A program made the translations under genes and the position numbers. 64,000 bases of DNA from a virus (lineage: Duplodnaviria > Heunggongvirae > Uroviricota > Caudoviricetes), in the IMG/VR virus record IMGVR_UViG_2920292642_000002, positions 19,431-83,430 of that record; one strand, given 5' to 3'. The notes beneath the pieces were generated by a model, which did no database searches, was not told the DNA's origin, and saw nothing but the letters and a program-made list of their open reading frames with translations. This document shows, one piece after another, positions 1 to 8,883 of the stretch (positions within the stretch are counted from its first letter, which is position 1; the number at the start of each line of letters is the position of its first letter).

Positions 1-68
1 ATCACCAGCTTGCCGTTGGCGTAGAGTCCGACCCAGTCGTCTCCGTTGACGTAGATGATATGCATTTC
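1..68 (-). CDS. hypothetical protein, 5'-partial in window (starts MHIIYVNGDDWVGLYANGKLV, continues off the left edge)
   Basis: ATG at 66-68 on minus strand follows the stop of the upstream small gene; reading frame runs off window start. Confidence 0.3.
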
Positions 69-229
69 AGTTTTCCTCAGCGTCTTCCTGCCACTCGCGC
101 AGGATGTCCATGGCGTGTTCATGACCATCCCAGTTGTCGACGCCGGCAGCCTCCAAGGCGTCCAGCTTCATTCCGTCCGCTACGAGCTTCTGGTATTCCT
201 CCAGCGTGATCGTGATCGTTTCTTTTTCC
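62..229 (-). CDS. hypothetical small protein (~56 aa, MEKETITITLEEYQKLVADGMKLDALEAAGVDNWDGHEHAMDILREWQEDAEEN)
   Basis: manual translation; ATG at 229 directly preceded by the conserved junction motif GGAGGGTTGAGTGCAG; below the 60-aa cutoff of the ORF track. Confidence 0.4.
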
Positions 230-249
230 ATCTGCACTCAACCCTCCGA

Positions 250-429
250 TTACATCCACCAGCCCCGATCACCGGACATCGTGGCCGGCTGGTAGACGTG
301 GTATTTCACGACGTGATGGTCTCCGATCACGAGGCCGCACTTCGGCTGGAATGGAAGATCAACCGTCTTCCAGACCCCATCCGCGTTGGGCTCGTTGTTC
401 GGGACAAGCTTGACCTCGTACTTCGCCAT
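250..429 (-). CDS. hypothetical small protein (start MAKYEVKLVPNNEPNADG...)
   Basis: ORF 250..435; true ATG at 429 immediately after GGTGGGTTGAGTGCAG junction motif. Confidence 0.45.
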   Translation of the reverse strand: MAKYEVKLVPNNEPNADGVWKTVDLPFQPKCGLVIGDHHVVKYHVYQPATMSGDRGWWM

Positions 430-435
430 CTGCAC

Positions 436-645
436 TCAACCCACCAAAGCCATGCCGAGAAGTACGAGACCGACGACGATCCCGGAGCCGAACATGAAGT
501 AGAACATGACCCCACCGAAGATGAGCGCGCTGAGCCCATCCCCCTTCCTGTTCAGGAAGATCGTGAACCACGTCAGCAGCATCGACACGACGTACAGTCC
601 GACAAGGTAGAGTGCAGAGGCACCGACGATTTCCAGACCAGTCAT
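436..645 (-). CDS. small hydrophobic membrane protein (69 aa)
   Basis: ORF track; two predicted TM stretches; stop TGA embedded in junction motif feeding the next gene. Confidence 0.5.
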   Translation of the reverse strand: MTGLEIVGASALYLVGLYVVSMLLTWFTIFLNRKGDGLSALIFGGVMFYFMFGSGIVVGLVLLGMALVG

Positions 646-646
646 G

Positions 647-934
647 TCAGTCTCCGATCATCTTGTCGTAGTAGTGGGGTGACGCGTACTCGGTGCGAGC
701 GTCGGCGACCTCATCCAGAGCAGCCTCGGCGAGGTATTCGCTGAGCTTCGCGCCCTCTTCCGTGATGCTCCAAGGCACCACGATCACGCCGCCCTCACGC
801 CCCTTGCGAAGCTCCTCGGGGAACATCTCCAGCATGGTGGCGATCCCGCCCATGATGCCGCGCATTTCCTTGGGCGCGACACGCATCGCCCAGAAGGACA
901 AGAGGGATGAGAGCAGAAGACGGAGCTTGGCCAT
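647..934 (-). CDS. hypothetical protein (95 aa)
   Basis: ORF track, codon usage consistent with neighbours, tight spacing in minus-strand operon. Confidence 0.45.
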   Translation of the reverse strand: MAKLRLLLSSLLSFWAMRVAPKEMRGIMGGIATMLEMFPEELRKGREGGVIVVPWSITEEGAKLSEYLAEAALDEVADARTEYASPHYYDKMIGD

Positions 935-937
935 CGC

Positions 938-1213
938 TCAACCCAGATGCTTGAGGGACAGGATGCAGTGATCACGATCCAGCACCACGGAAGACATCGC
1001 GCAGGGCGTGTCGTTCGACGTGATGTAGGTGATCTCGAAGTCAGCCGAGCGGCCGGAGTAACCACCGCCGAACGGTTCGTACTCTTCGAGGCGGATCACC
1101 TGCCCGACCTTGAAGTCGCGGTCCTTCTTACGCACGTCGTGCGTCTTCTTGCCGGCGATCATCTCGCGAAAGAACGCCGGCCACGACTTCATGGTGTGTG
1201 CTGGAATGTTCAT
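938..1213 (-). CDS. ASCH/PUA-like domain protein (91 aa)
   Basis: sequence pattern (KKTHDVRKKDRDFKVGQVIRLEEYEP) resembles ASCH-domain proteins; 4-nt overlap with upstream HNH gene. Confidence 0.4.
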   Translation of the reverse strand: MNIPAHTMKSWPAFFREMIAGKKTHDVRKKDRDFKVGQVIRLEEYEPFGGGYSGRSADFEITYITSNDTPCAMSSVVLDRDHCILSLKHLG

Positions 1214-1742
1214 CGAATTTCCTCAACAAGAAAAGGGTCGTCCGGCTCGATCAGAGGAGCAAAACAATCAAGTACGACGGTTCTGAATTTCTCGGAAAGC
1301 GCAGGCATCGCCTGTGCGTAGAAACAGATGTAATCATAGACGCCGGAGAAATCGCCAGCCTCTGCGAGTGTCGTCAATTCTGCATAGTTGAAGCCGCGAG
1401 AAGTAAGGCGAACGAATATGTGGTCCATGTGCCCTTGATAAGTTGTCTGCTTGTTAGCGAACCAACTCCAATACATGGATTTATTGTACTGCTCAGCGAG
1501 CCCTTCACTCTCAATGTGACAGGGCGCACAAAGTACATGCAGGTTGTCAGGCGAGTTGTCGCCGCCATGCCAGATTGCGACGATATGAGCGCGCTCAAGG
1601 CGCGCCCCGTCACCACACGCCGCACAGCATACGTCTCCAGAGACCTCAAACCCTTGTTCCTCCAAGATTGGAAGCCAATGATCGTGAATGGCCTGCTTCG
1701 ACGGCATCCCCTTCCGTCTCTGTTTCTGCTCCTTACTCATCA
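1210..1742 (-). CDS. HNH endonuclease (about 176 aa; start MSKEQKQRRKG at 1740, ATGA overlap with polymerase stop)
   Basis: HNH motif CAACGDGARLERAHIVAIWHGGDNSPDNLHVLCAPCH in ORF 1210..1905; upstream part of that ORF overlaps polymerase gene so internal Met chosen. Confidence 0.7.
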
Positions 1743-3842
1743 GTGCGTCTGAGCCCACGTTAGTCCAATCTTTGCTTCCGCATCGACCGGCGCGACATAG
1801 TTGAAGTGATGGCCGGCATCGGCGGCGGCGCGCTTGGCGATCTCGGCCGCGTGCTCGGCGATCTCCTTGGTCCGGCAGGCCGACTGGATTTCGTCGTGGA
1901 CCCATGCGCAGAGCGTGAAGTCACCATCCCAGCCGAAACGGTAGCCGGCGTCTTCCATGTACTCGACGTAGAGGCAGACCCACTTCTTGGCGATCAGAGC
2001 GCCGTCCGACTGGAGCAGCAAATTCAATGCCGAGTGAGGCGACTTCACCCAGAGCTTGCGCCCGTCGAGGCCGGGCATCCAGCCCTGACGCGCCTGCTTG
2101 GCGACCCAGCGCATAAGCTCGCGGTACGCCGGCACGCCCTGCTGGAACTTCGCCTTCAGTTCCTTGCCGCGCGCCGCCATGATCTTCTCAGGCGTGCCCG
2201 GAGGACAGACGATCGAGCCGATCTTGGCGTCGCCACCACCGTAGAGGGTCGCGTAGATGAAGGTCTTCGCGTTGTCGCGGGTCGGCAGACCTGCGGCCTG
2301 CTGATTGGTCGTGTGAACGTCGCCGTTGAGGACGACTTCGAGATATGATCCCTCGTCCCAGCGGGCGAGATGGTGGCCGAAGCAGCGAAGCTCGATGCCC
2401 GACAGGTCGCAACCCATGAGCCACCACTGGTGGCCGTTGAGGACCGGAGCCTGAAAGAGGTTTCGGCACTCCCATCCATAATTGCCAGCGCGGCCATAGA
2501 CGACCGCAGCCTTCTTGAGACTGCCGTCCGCCTTGTAGCACTGCGGTAGCCACTCACCATTCGCGTCGAGCAGCAGATTGTTCTTGGAGCCGTCCTTCAA
2601 GATCAGGTCGACGACCTTGACCTTCGGCACCTGCGCAATATTCGGGAACGAATGGCTGGCGCGGCCGGAGCGCGTGCCGCCTGCGTTCGTGCGAGCGTGA
2701 ATGAAGCCGTCCTCGTCGACGAGCTTCATCCATCCGTTCTGACCCTTGGCGACCTGACCGTGCAGCTTGGCTAGGAAGAACAGTTCCGCCAGCGTGTCAC
2801 AGATCGGCCAGTCGTCCGCGAGCTTGCGCAGGACCTCGTCATCAACCTGAGGATTGCCGGCCTCGGTGAAGTCGACGGGTTCCCAGTTGTAGACGACGCG
2901 CAGGCGATCGATGATCTGCGGGCGCGAGTTCGGATTGAAGTCCTTACGCTCGACCTTGCAGTACGGAGCGTCGGCGCTGAAATGGCACCAGACGCCGGCC
3001 GCGTCGCCTTCCTTCATCCGGACGCGCCGGGTCGCGCGCTTCTCGATCGTGACCTCGGCCCAGACCGAGCGGCTGTCGTCCTCGCCGAAGTGCTCGCGCG
3101 GCTCACCCTTGTACTTCTTCGACGGAGCCAGCCACCATCCAAAGTGCTCGATCGCGACCTTGGAAAGCTTTTCGTATTCGGCCGTGACCTCGTCTTCGAG
3201 CGCCTGTCCACCAATACGGTCGAACCAGAAGCCCGCCCGCTCTTGCAGCGCCATCAGGTGCGTGATCTGGTGTTCGAGGCGGATCGCCTCGTCGGACCAC
3301 TGAACACCCTTGCACTTCATCCACAGGCGGTAGGTGACCTCGATGTCGTCCTCGCAGTAGGGGACGCCCGTCTCGAAATCGAAGTCTTTCCAAGGGTCGC
3401 GGCCGAGAGCCTGCATGTCCTTGGCGTAGGAGCCCTTGTAATGACCAAGGCGCTGACCCCACGCTTCAAGTCCGTGCCGGCCGATCAACTTGCCTTCCAA
3501 CACGCCGCGTTCATGCAACTTGTAGTCTTTGTCCTTCTGGTTGGCGAAGATCATCTGCGACAAGGCTTGCGTGTCGCGGATGATCTGCCCTTCCTTCGGG
3601 TTGAAATCTTCGTAGAGCTTTTCGAGGACCAGAAGGTCGTAGCCGAGCAGGTTGTGGCCGATCGAAATGTCAGCCTCTTCGATGATGCCCACGGCGTCAT
3701 CGATCTCGTCTCCGGTGTAGGAGAAGATCGGGCTAGGCTCGTCGTTCTCGATGATCATCAGCGAGATCACCCAGATGCGGGAGACCTCAGGCAGCAGACC
3801 ATCGGTTTCGCAGTCCCAGATGACCTCACGCACGTGCGTCAC
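1740..3842 (-). CDS. family A DNA polymerase with 3'-5' exonuclease domain (700 aa)
   Basis: Exo motifs DCETDGL and HNLLGYDLLVL; polymerase motif A LMGCDLSGIELR, motif B KTFIYATLYGGG, motif C VHDEIQ. Confidence 0.9.
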   Translation of the reverse strand: MTHVREVIWDCETDGLLPEVSRIWVISLMIIENDEPSPIFSYTGDEIDDAVGIIEEADISIGHNLLGYDLLVLEKLYEDFNPKEGQIIRDTQALSQMIFANQKDKDYKLHERGVLEGKLIGRHGLEAWGQRLGHYKGSYAKDMQALGRDPWKDFDFETGVPYCEDDIEVTYRLWMKCKGVQWSDEAIRLEHQITHLMALQERAGFWFDRIGGQALEDEVTAEYEKLSKVAIEHFGWWLAPSKKYKGEPREHFGEDDSRSVWAEVTIEKRATRRVRMKEGDAAGVWCHFSADAPYCKVERKDFNPNSRPQIIDRLRVVYNWEPVDFTEAGNPQVDDEVLRKLADDWPICDTLAELFFLAKLHGQVAKGQNGWMKLVDEDGFIHARTNAGGTRSGRASHSFPNIAQVPKVKVVDLILKDGSKNNLLLDANGEWLPQCYKADGSLKKAAVVYGRAGNYGWECRNLFQAPVLNGHQWWLMGCDLSGIELRCFGHHLARWDEGSYLEVVLNGDVHTTNQQAAGLPTRDNAKTFIYATLYGGGDAKIGSIVCPPGTPEKIMAARGKELKAKFQQGVPAYRELMRWVAKQARQGWMPGLDGRKLWVKSPHSALNLLLQSDGALIAKKWVCLYVEYMEDAGYRFGWDGDFTLCAWVHDEIQSACRTKEIAEHAAEIAKRAAADAGHHFNYVAPVDAEAKIGLTWAQTH

Positions 3843-4455
3843 CTGTGACGATCGTCAGCTTCGGCTTCAGGGCGTAGTGGACCTCGGCCGCGCGATTGCC
3901 CGCGCCGGGACTCCAGATGAACCACGCGTAGTTGTGTCGGGGAGAGCCGGTGCTGTCGGCGATCCAGCGCGGACGCCAAAGCAGTGACAGCTTCGTGTCG
4001 TACTGCGCACAGTCGAGGAAGAACTTACGGCGGGTGATCGCGCTGTCGACTTCGTTGCGCATCAGCATCGCGCATGTGACGCCGTATTCGCGGGCGAACG
4101 TCACGCACTTCGCCATAAAGGCGTCAATCACGTCCCGCTTGTAGGGCGGGTTGGTGATGATGTAGTCGATCGGCTCCTCGACGCCGATCACGGCCGTGGT
4201 GAAGTCACCGACGACTGCGTTCTTCGTTTGCGGGGCGATGTCGGACTCGATCACTTGCGCGCCGTAGAGGCGACACACCTTGGAGATGTGCCCCTGACCG
4301 GCAGCCGGCTCCCAGACGAGCTTGTCGAGAACGCCGCGACCCTGCGCCTCAAGGAAGCGCAGGAGCGCATGCGTGCACTCAGCCGGCGTCGGGTAGAAAT
4401 CGTTCTCGACACGCTCGTGACCCGACGTGCCAAGCATGGCATTGTCGGAGCGCAT
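3826..4455 (-). CDS. DNA N6-adenine methyltransferase (209 aa)
   Basis: DFYPTP and NPPY motifs typical of phage-type N6-adenine MTases. Confidence 0.75.
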   Translation of the reverse strand: MRSDNAMLGTSGHERVENDFYPTPAECTHALLRFLEAQGRGVLDKLVWEPAAGQGHISKVCRLYGAQVIESDIAPQTKNAVVGDFTTAVIGVEEPIDYIITNPPYKRDVIDAFMAKCVTFAREYGVTCAMLMRNEVDSAITRRKFFLDCAQYDTKLSLLWRPRWIADSTGSPRHNYAWFIWSPGAGNRAAEVHYALKPKLTIVTGDARA

Positions 4456-5177
4456 CAGAAGTAGGTCTCACCCGAGCGAAGGAGGGCCGGAAGGGGATTT
4501 CGGTAGCTGTCATCAACCGGATTCTGGCTGAGCGGTCCGCCAGCCACGTCGTCGGTCATGACATCGATCCGACCGGCGCGTTGCATCAAGCGTATGAAGC
4601 CGGCGACCACGGCCGCAAGCCGATCGTCTTCATGGTCCCAGATGACATCATCGTTCAGAAGACGAGGCGTGTTCGGATCGACCCATTCGAACTCGGTGTC
4701 CTCCTCGGTGCCATCCGCGTGTAGGTAATAGCCGTCGATCTGGAAGCGCAGCGCCTCCTCGACGACCGCCTGCCGGTCGGCCCACTGGAGCAGATCGTCA
4801 TACTTCTCCATGAGGCCGTGCAGATCGAAGCGCTCGACTACGGCCGCGAGAACACGTGCCTCGATCTGCTTGTAGACATCACCGAGCAGTCGCTTCAGCG
4901 GCGTCGGCACGTCGACAACAGCAAACTCCGGGAAATCGTGAACGAGGCCGACGATGCCGGCCTCGGCGATCTCGACATCCGACATGCCAAGGCCGCTCGC
5001 GCGCTCCATCATCAGGTGCGCGACTTCGCAGATATGCTGCCCAACTTTCAAAGGCGAATGTCCATTGAATCTGGACACGCGGGACAAAGAGTTGGCGATG
5101 TCGAAAAGGGTAATCTGCGTGGGGTCGGGATTGAGAAAATCAATCCGCCGCCCGGTGCCGGTTTTGATCCACGACAT
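4455..5177 (-). CDS. HD-domain phosphohydrolase-like protein (240 aa)
   Basis: H...HD-type metal-binding pattern (GQHICEVAHLM ... GLVHDFPE); phage nucleotide metabolism context. Confidence 0.55.
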   Translation of the reverse strand: MSWIKTGTGRRIDFLNPDPTQITLFDIANSLSRVSRFNGHSPLKVGQHICEVAHLMMERASGLGMSDVEIAEAGIVGLVHDFPEFAVVDVPTPLKRLLGDVYKQIEARVLAAVVERFDLHGLMEKYDDLLQWADRQAVVEEALRFQIDGYYLHADGTEEDTEFEWVDPNTPRLLNDDVIWDHEDDRLAAVVAGFIRLMQRAGRIDVMTDDVAGGPLSQNPVDDSYRNPLPALLRSGETYF

Positions 5178-5270
5178 CGGCCGCTCCTGATTTTTGGTGT
5201 GTCCAGTTATTCTTTACGATTAGGTCGAGAAATGGTTAACAGTCAAGAAGATGTTAGGAACGTCGCGTTC

Positions 5271-7577
5271 CTAACCATCGAGCGCCTGATCGATAATCTC
5301 TTGTTTCCCCACGATCTTTCCGAGCAGACTGTCGTCGAGAGAACCTTGCACGACCAGATGTTGTGCTATGACGTGGTCCGTCTGTCCGAAACGGTGAGCG
5401 CGGTCTTCGGCCTGACACAACTCGTGTGGCAGCCACGTCAGTTCGGCGCAGACGACAAAGCGCGCGGCCGTCAGCGTGTAGCCGGTGCCAGCAGCGGTGT
5501 ACTGACCGATAAACGGGTTGCAGTCCGGGTCGTCCTGAAAGCGATCTGCCTCGGCCTGCCTGTGCTTCGTCGGCGTACCGCCATAGATGCAGGCTGCGGA
5601 GTTGTCCCAGCGCTTCTTCAGCGCCTCGATCACCGCCCGGTGGTAGGCAAAGACAATGACCTTCTCGCCCTGCTCCATCAGGCTCTGGACGTGCTCGATG
5701 ATCATCGGCACCTTCTCCAGCGCCAGTTCGGCGCGGGCGATCGCGAGCTTGTTCAGTGGCGTGTCCGGATCGAGGCTGCCGTCGACCGTCTTGGCGTAGT
5801 CGTCGAACATCTGCGGTCTGGCGTTCATCACCAGTTCTGCGATGTCGGCGTCTGGCATGTCCTTATGGATGCCGAGATGGGCTTCGTACTGAGCCAGCAG
5901 CGCCTTGACTGCGCTCTTCTCAGCCGCGACCTTCTTGACCAAGCCTTCGGAGGAAAGCGGGATTACCTGCCGCGTCTTCGGCGGTAGGTCCTTCAGCACG
6001 TCGGCCTTGAGATGGCGGACCATGAAGCGGTCGCGCATGAGCTTGCGCAACTCGTCGAGGTTCGTCGCGCCGTTGTCGTCGAGCCCCATTGCCGTTTCAT
6101 AGGCACCGCAATAGCGATAAGCGAAGGCGCGGTAGTTGCGGCCGAGCCCGTCCGGATCGCAGCGCCGGACCAGCGGCCAGATGTTTTTGACGCGGTTCGG
6201 GATTGGCGTCCCGGTCAGGTAAAGCTCACGCTTGGCACTGATCTCCTTGAAGCGGCGCTTCTTCTTTTCGCGCTGGTACTTGTTGTCAGCGTCTCGAAAC
6301 TCCTCGGTGACCTTGATCTCCTTGCCGTAGGAGCCCATCACGTTGACGGTGCGGCGCGCGAGTTCGTTCTGGAGGTAGTGGGCCTCGTCACAGATCAGCA
6401 CGTCCCACGTGCCGGCGCGGATTGCCTCATAGTGCCGGTGCAGGATGTCGTAGTTGATGACGACGCATTCGGTATCCGGGAAGAAGTCGCCCTCGGCGAT
6501 GCCGACGCTGAGTCCGTGGATGTCCCACTTCTCGACGGCGCGCGCCCAGTGAATTTTATGGCTGGCAAGGCAGATGATCAGCACCGACCGGACTTCCGGC
6601 AGGTTGTTGCAGAAGCCGATGCCACTCACGGTGTTATGGGTAAGGATGAACTGATCGGTCAGGTACAGTCTGTCCGGAGCCTCGACCTCGATGCAGCGGA
6701 CGAACTCCTGACCGCAGGGCAGGATTTGCGTGATCGAGCGCGGCGGGATGCCGGGCACGAAGTGTTTCCAGCGGCGATGGATGCGTGTGACGTTTGGTCG
6801 ATAACCGACCAGAGACAGCCACAGATCGTCGGGCAGATAGATGTCGACCCGATTGTGCCATGGTAGTTTCTTGACCAGCGCCAGACCGCCGAGGCTGCGC
6901 GTGATCTGCACAATCGCCTCGATCAGGTCGGCGACCGGCTCGTTGTGATGTTTGATGAACAGGCGAATGTTCATGTCGCCGCGCACGCGGCCATGATTGC
7001 GGATGATGGCCGACAGGAACGCGATGCGCTGCCCCGGCGAGCCGTCGACATAGGCGAGCGGGTCGATGACGGGATAGCCTTCGATGCACGGTCGCATCAG
7101 ATGTGCGCCGGCCAGTCTCGGCTCGATCTCGTAGGTCTTGGCCAGAAACTCGACCGGCTTGCCGACTACCGGAAGATCGAACTGATCACCCTTCAACAGC
7201 CGCGCCGCGATTTCCGTGGTGCCGATCGTCACGAAGTCGCCGGCCACGTAGTCGTAGACGGTCCACAGATGATCGCCGTCGACAACGACAGACGCGCCGT
7301 CGCTGGTCATGACGCGATAGACCGGCAGGACACCGCGCTCGTGAATTTTGATGATGCGGTTTGGAGAGCCGTCCGATCCGAAGACGTGGTCACCCTCACG
7401 CAGATCGCCGACCGGTCGGAATCCTGTCGGGGTCGGCAAAAGCTGCGTCAGGGGATGGCCCTTGCCAAGGCCCGGCTGGTCGGCAATCAGCGTCCGCTTG
7501 CGCCGAAGCGCGTAGCGGATGCTGTTATGCTGAAAGTCTAGGTAGTTCTCGCCCTCGGGGCGAATGAGGACTTGCAC
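5271..7577 (-). CDS. SNF2-family DNA helicase/translocase, interrupted by an intein in the Walker A loop
   Basis: ADQPGLGK | 276-aa insertion | TVSGIGF restores GLGKT; DEAH box LICDEAHYLQN; motif III LTGTPIPN; C-terminal helicase motif QAEDRAHRFGQ. Confidence 0.8.
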   Translation of the reverse strand: MQVLIRPEGENYLDFQHNSIRYALRRKRTLIADQPGLGKGHPLTQLLPTPTGFRPVGDLREGDHVFGSDGSPNRIIKIHERGVLPVYRVMTSDGASVVVDGDHLWTVYDYVAGDFVTIGTTEIAARLLKGDQFDLPVVGKPVEFLAKTYEIEPRLAGAHLMRPCIEGYPVIDPLAYVDGSPGQRIAFLSAIIRNHGRVRGDMNIRLFIKHHNEPVADLIEAIVQITRSLGGLALVKKLPWHNRVDIYLPDDLWLSLVGYRPNVTRIHRRWKHFVPGIPPRSITQILPCGQEFVRCIEVEAPDRLYLTDQFILTHNTVSGIGFCNNLPEVRSVLIICLASHKIHWARAVEKWDIHGLSVGIAEGDFFPDTECVVINYDILHRHYEAIRAGTWDVLICDEAHYLQNELARRTVNVMGSYGKEIKVTEEFRDADNKYQREKKKRRFKEISAKRELYLTGTPIPNRVKNIWPLVRRCDPDGLGRNYRAFAYRYCGAYETAMGLDDNGATNLDELRKLMRDRFMVRHLKADVLKDLPPKTRQVIPLSSEGLVKKVAAEKSAVKALLAQYEAHLGIHKDMPDADIAELVMNARPQMFDDYAKTVDGSLDPDTPLNKLAIARAELALEKVPMIIEHVQSLMEQGEKVIVFAYHRAVIEALKKRWDNSAACIYGGTPTKHRQAEADRFQDDPDCNPFIGQYTAAGTGYTLTAARFVVCAELTWLPHELCQAEDRAHRFGQTDHVIAQHLVVQGSLDDSLLGKIVGKQEIIDQALDG
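6633..7460 (-). other. intein (276 aa) inserted in SNF2 helicase P-loop; first residue reads Gly (GGC) instead of Cys/Ser
   Basis: Hint blocks: A-like PLTQLLPTPTG...GDHVFGSDG, B DGDHLWTV, F/G LYLTDQFILTHN followed by +1 Thr; degenerate endonuclease-like middle. Confidence 0.6.
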
Positions 7578-7578
7578 G

Positions 7579-7821
7579 TTAGGTTCCGGTGCCGGAACCC
7601 GGTGCGGTAAGCTCTTCGCCAGTCAGCATGTAGTCGAAGTCGTGGAGAGGGGCCTGCTCCTCGATCTTGGCGACGATGTTGTTGTGCATGGGATCGGAAG
7701 CGGCGAAGGCAAAGTTGCCGATGTCGGTGAACAACGCGACGCCGACACCCTCCTGCCGAACGGCAGCATATCCAAGCTGGGCCATGGGTACTCCTATGGT
7801 TAACGTCGGGCTGATAACCAC
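7579..7821 (-). CDS. hypothetical protein (80 aa or shorter from internal Met)
   Basis: ORF track; ends 2 nt before helicase start. Confidence 0.35.
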   Translation of the reverse strand: MVISPTLTIGVPMAQLGYAAVRQEGVGVALFTDIGNFAFAASDPMHNNIVAKIEEQAPLHDFDYMLTGEELTAPGSGTGT

Positions 7822-7915
7822 AAGAAGCGCGAATGTCCAGATATTCTTAACAACGGCTCATGAGCCGGAGTACGAATCGGTTCGGGATCGGAGGAATGTG
7901 TGCTATGGTTTCCGC

Positions 7916-8092
7916 ATGCGCCCAGACGATCCCGAAATGCTTGATTGCACCTGCGTCCACCGTGCGTTGACGCGCGAGGAAGTCATTGAATTTCTTTGCC
8001 CGGACGGGACAGGCTTCCGGGTCGCCAAGGACTGTCCAGTGCACGGGATGATCGATCATAAAAAAGAGGGCTCAACTCCGGAAACGTATTGA
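7916..8092 (+). CDS. hypothetical small Cys/His-rich protein (58 aa, MRPDDPEMLDCTCVH...)
   Basis: internal Met of ORF 7667..8092; upstream part of that ORF overlaps minus-strand gene; sits just upstream of recombinase. Confidence 0.3.
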   Translation: MRPDDPEMLDCTCVHRALTREEVIEFLCPDGTGFRVAKDCPVHGMIDHKKEGSTPETY

Positions 8093-8146
8093 CACGTCCA
8101 GAATTTCTGTCTAATTCTGTGCATGTCAACACAACGGAGTTAGGCC

Positions 8147-8803
8147 ATGAACATCGCAGTCCGCATCCCACCGCGCAAGAAGACCCGGCTCACCCCGGTC
8201 GTCACCAAGGTGCAGCCGTCGCATAGCGGCGCGCATGGCAAGGCCAAGATTCTCACCCCTGACCAGTTGCAGACGGCGCTCGGCAAGTGCGACGAGTCGA
8301 CGTTCCCGACGCGCGATCGCCTGATGCTGCTGCTGTCACACTATGCGGCGCTGCGTGCGCAGGAGATTGCCTATCTGGAGTATGAGGATATCTGCGACGT
8401 GGAAGGCCGGATCGTCGGCACGCTCCATGTATCGAAGAAGGCCGGCAAGTACGGCAAGGAGCGGGACATCCCGATGCATCCGGTCCTGCTCAAGGCGCTC
8501 AAGGCGTATTGCGCCGAGGCCGAGATCACCGATGGTCCGATCTTCTTCAGCCGCTTCGGTGAGCAGATGACGCCCAATGCGGTCCAGAAGCAAATCAAGG
8601 CGATCTACAAGGCCTGCAACTTCAAGGGCGCGTCGTCGCACAGCGGCCGGCGTGGTTTCATCACCCGGCTGGCAAGGTCGGCCGGTCAGGAGGAATGCTC
8701 GCTGGTCGACGTGCAGAAGTTGGCCGGTCACGCGTCTCTGACGACGACTGCGCTCTATATCGACGCCAGCCCGCAGGCCAAGCGTCTGGTGATGGCCCTG
8801 TGA
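8147..8803 (+). CDS. int: tyrosine recombinase / phage integrase family (218 aa, short form)
   Basis: catalytic region HSGRRGFITRL ... LAGHASLTTTALYID (R..H-R-Y signature); preceded by GTCAACACAACGGAG leader. Confidence 0.8.
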   Translation: MNIAVRIPPRKKTRLTPVVTKVQPSHSGAHGKAKILTPDQLQTALGKCDESTFPTRDRLMLLLSHYAALRAQEIAYLEYEDICDVEGRIVGTLHVSKKAGKYGKERDIPMHPVLLKALKAYCAEAEITDGPIFFSRFGEQMTPNAVQKQIKAIYKACNFKGASSHSGRRGFITRLARSAGQEECSLVDVQKLAGHASLTTTALYIDASPQAKRLVMAL

Positions 8804-8883
8804 TGGGCCATCGCCAAGATTCACTTTACGATTCCGTCAAGATTTGGTAGACACCGGGTTCTCCCAACGATAAAGACCCCGGA

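Noticed and set aside
55-744. 229-aa plus-strand ORF
   Set aside because: It lies antisense to four compact minus-strand genes that have motif-defined starts, and has low-complexity Arg/His-rich composition typical of high-GC shadow frames.
8147-8803. Recombinase as marker of a prophage boundary / att site at the nearby tRNA-Cys
   Set aside because: tRNA-Cys is 14 kb away with no detectable direct repeat of its 3' end in the window. The boundary cannot be supported from this window alone.
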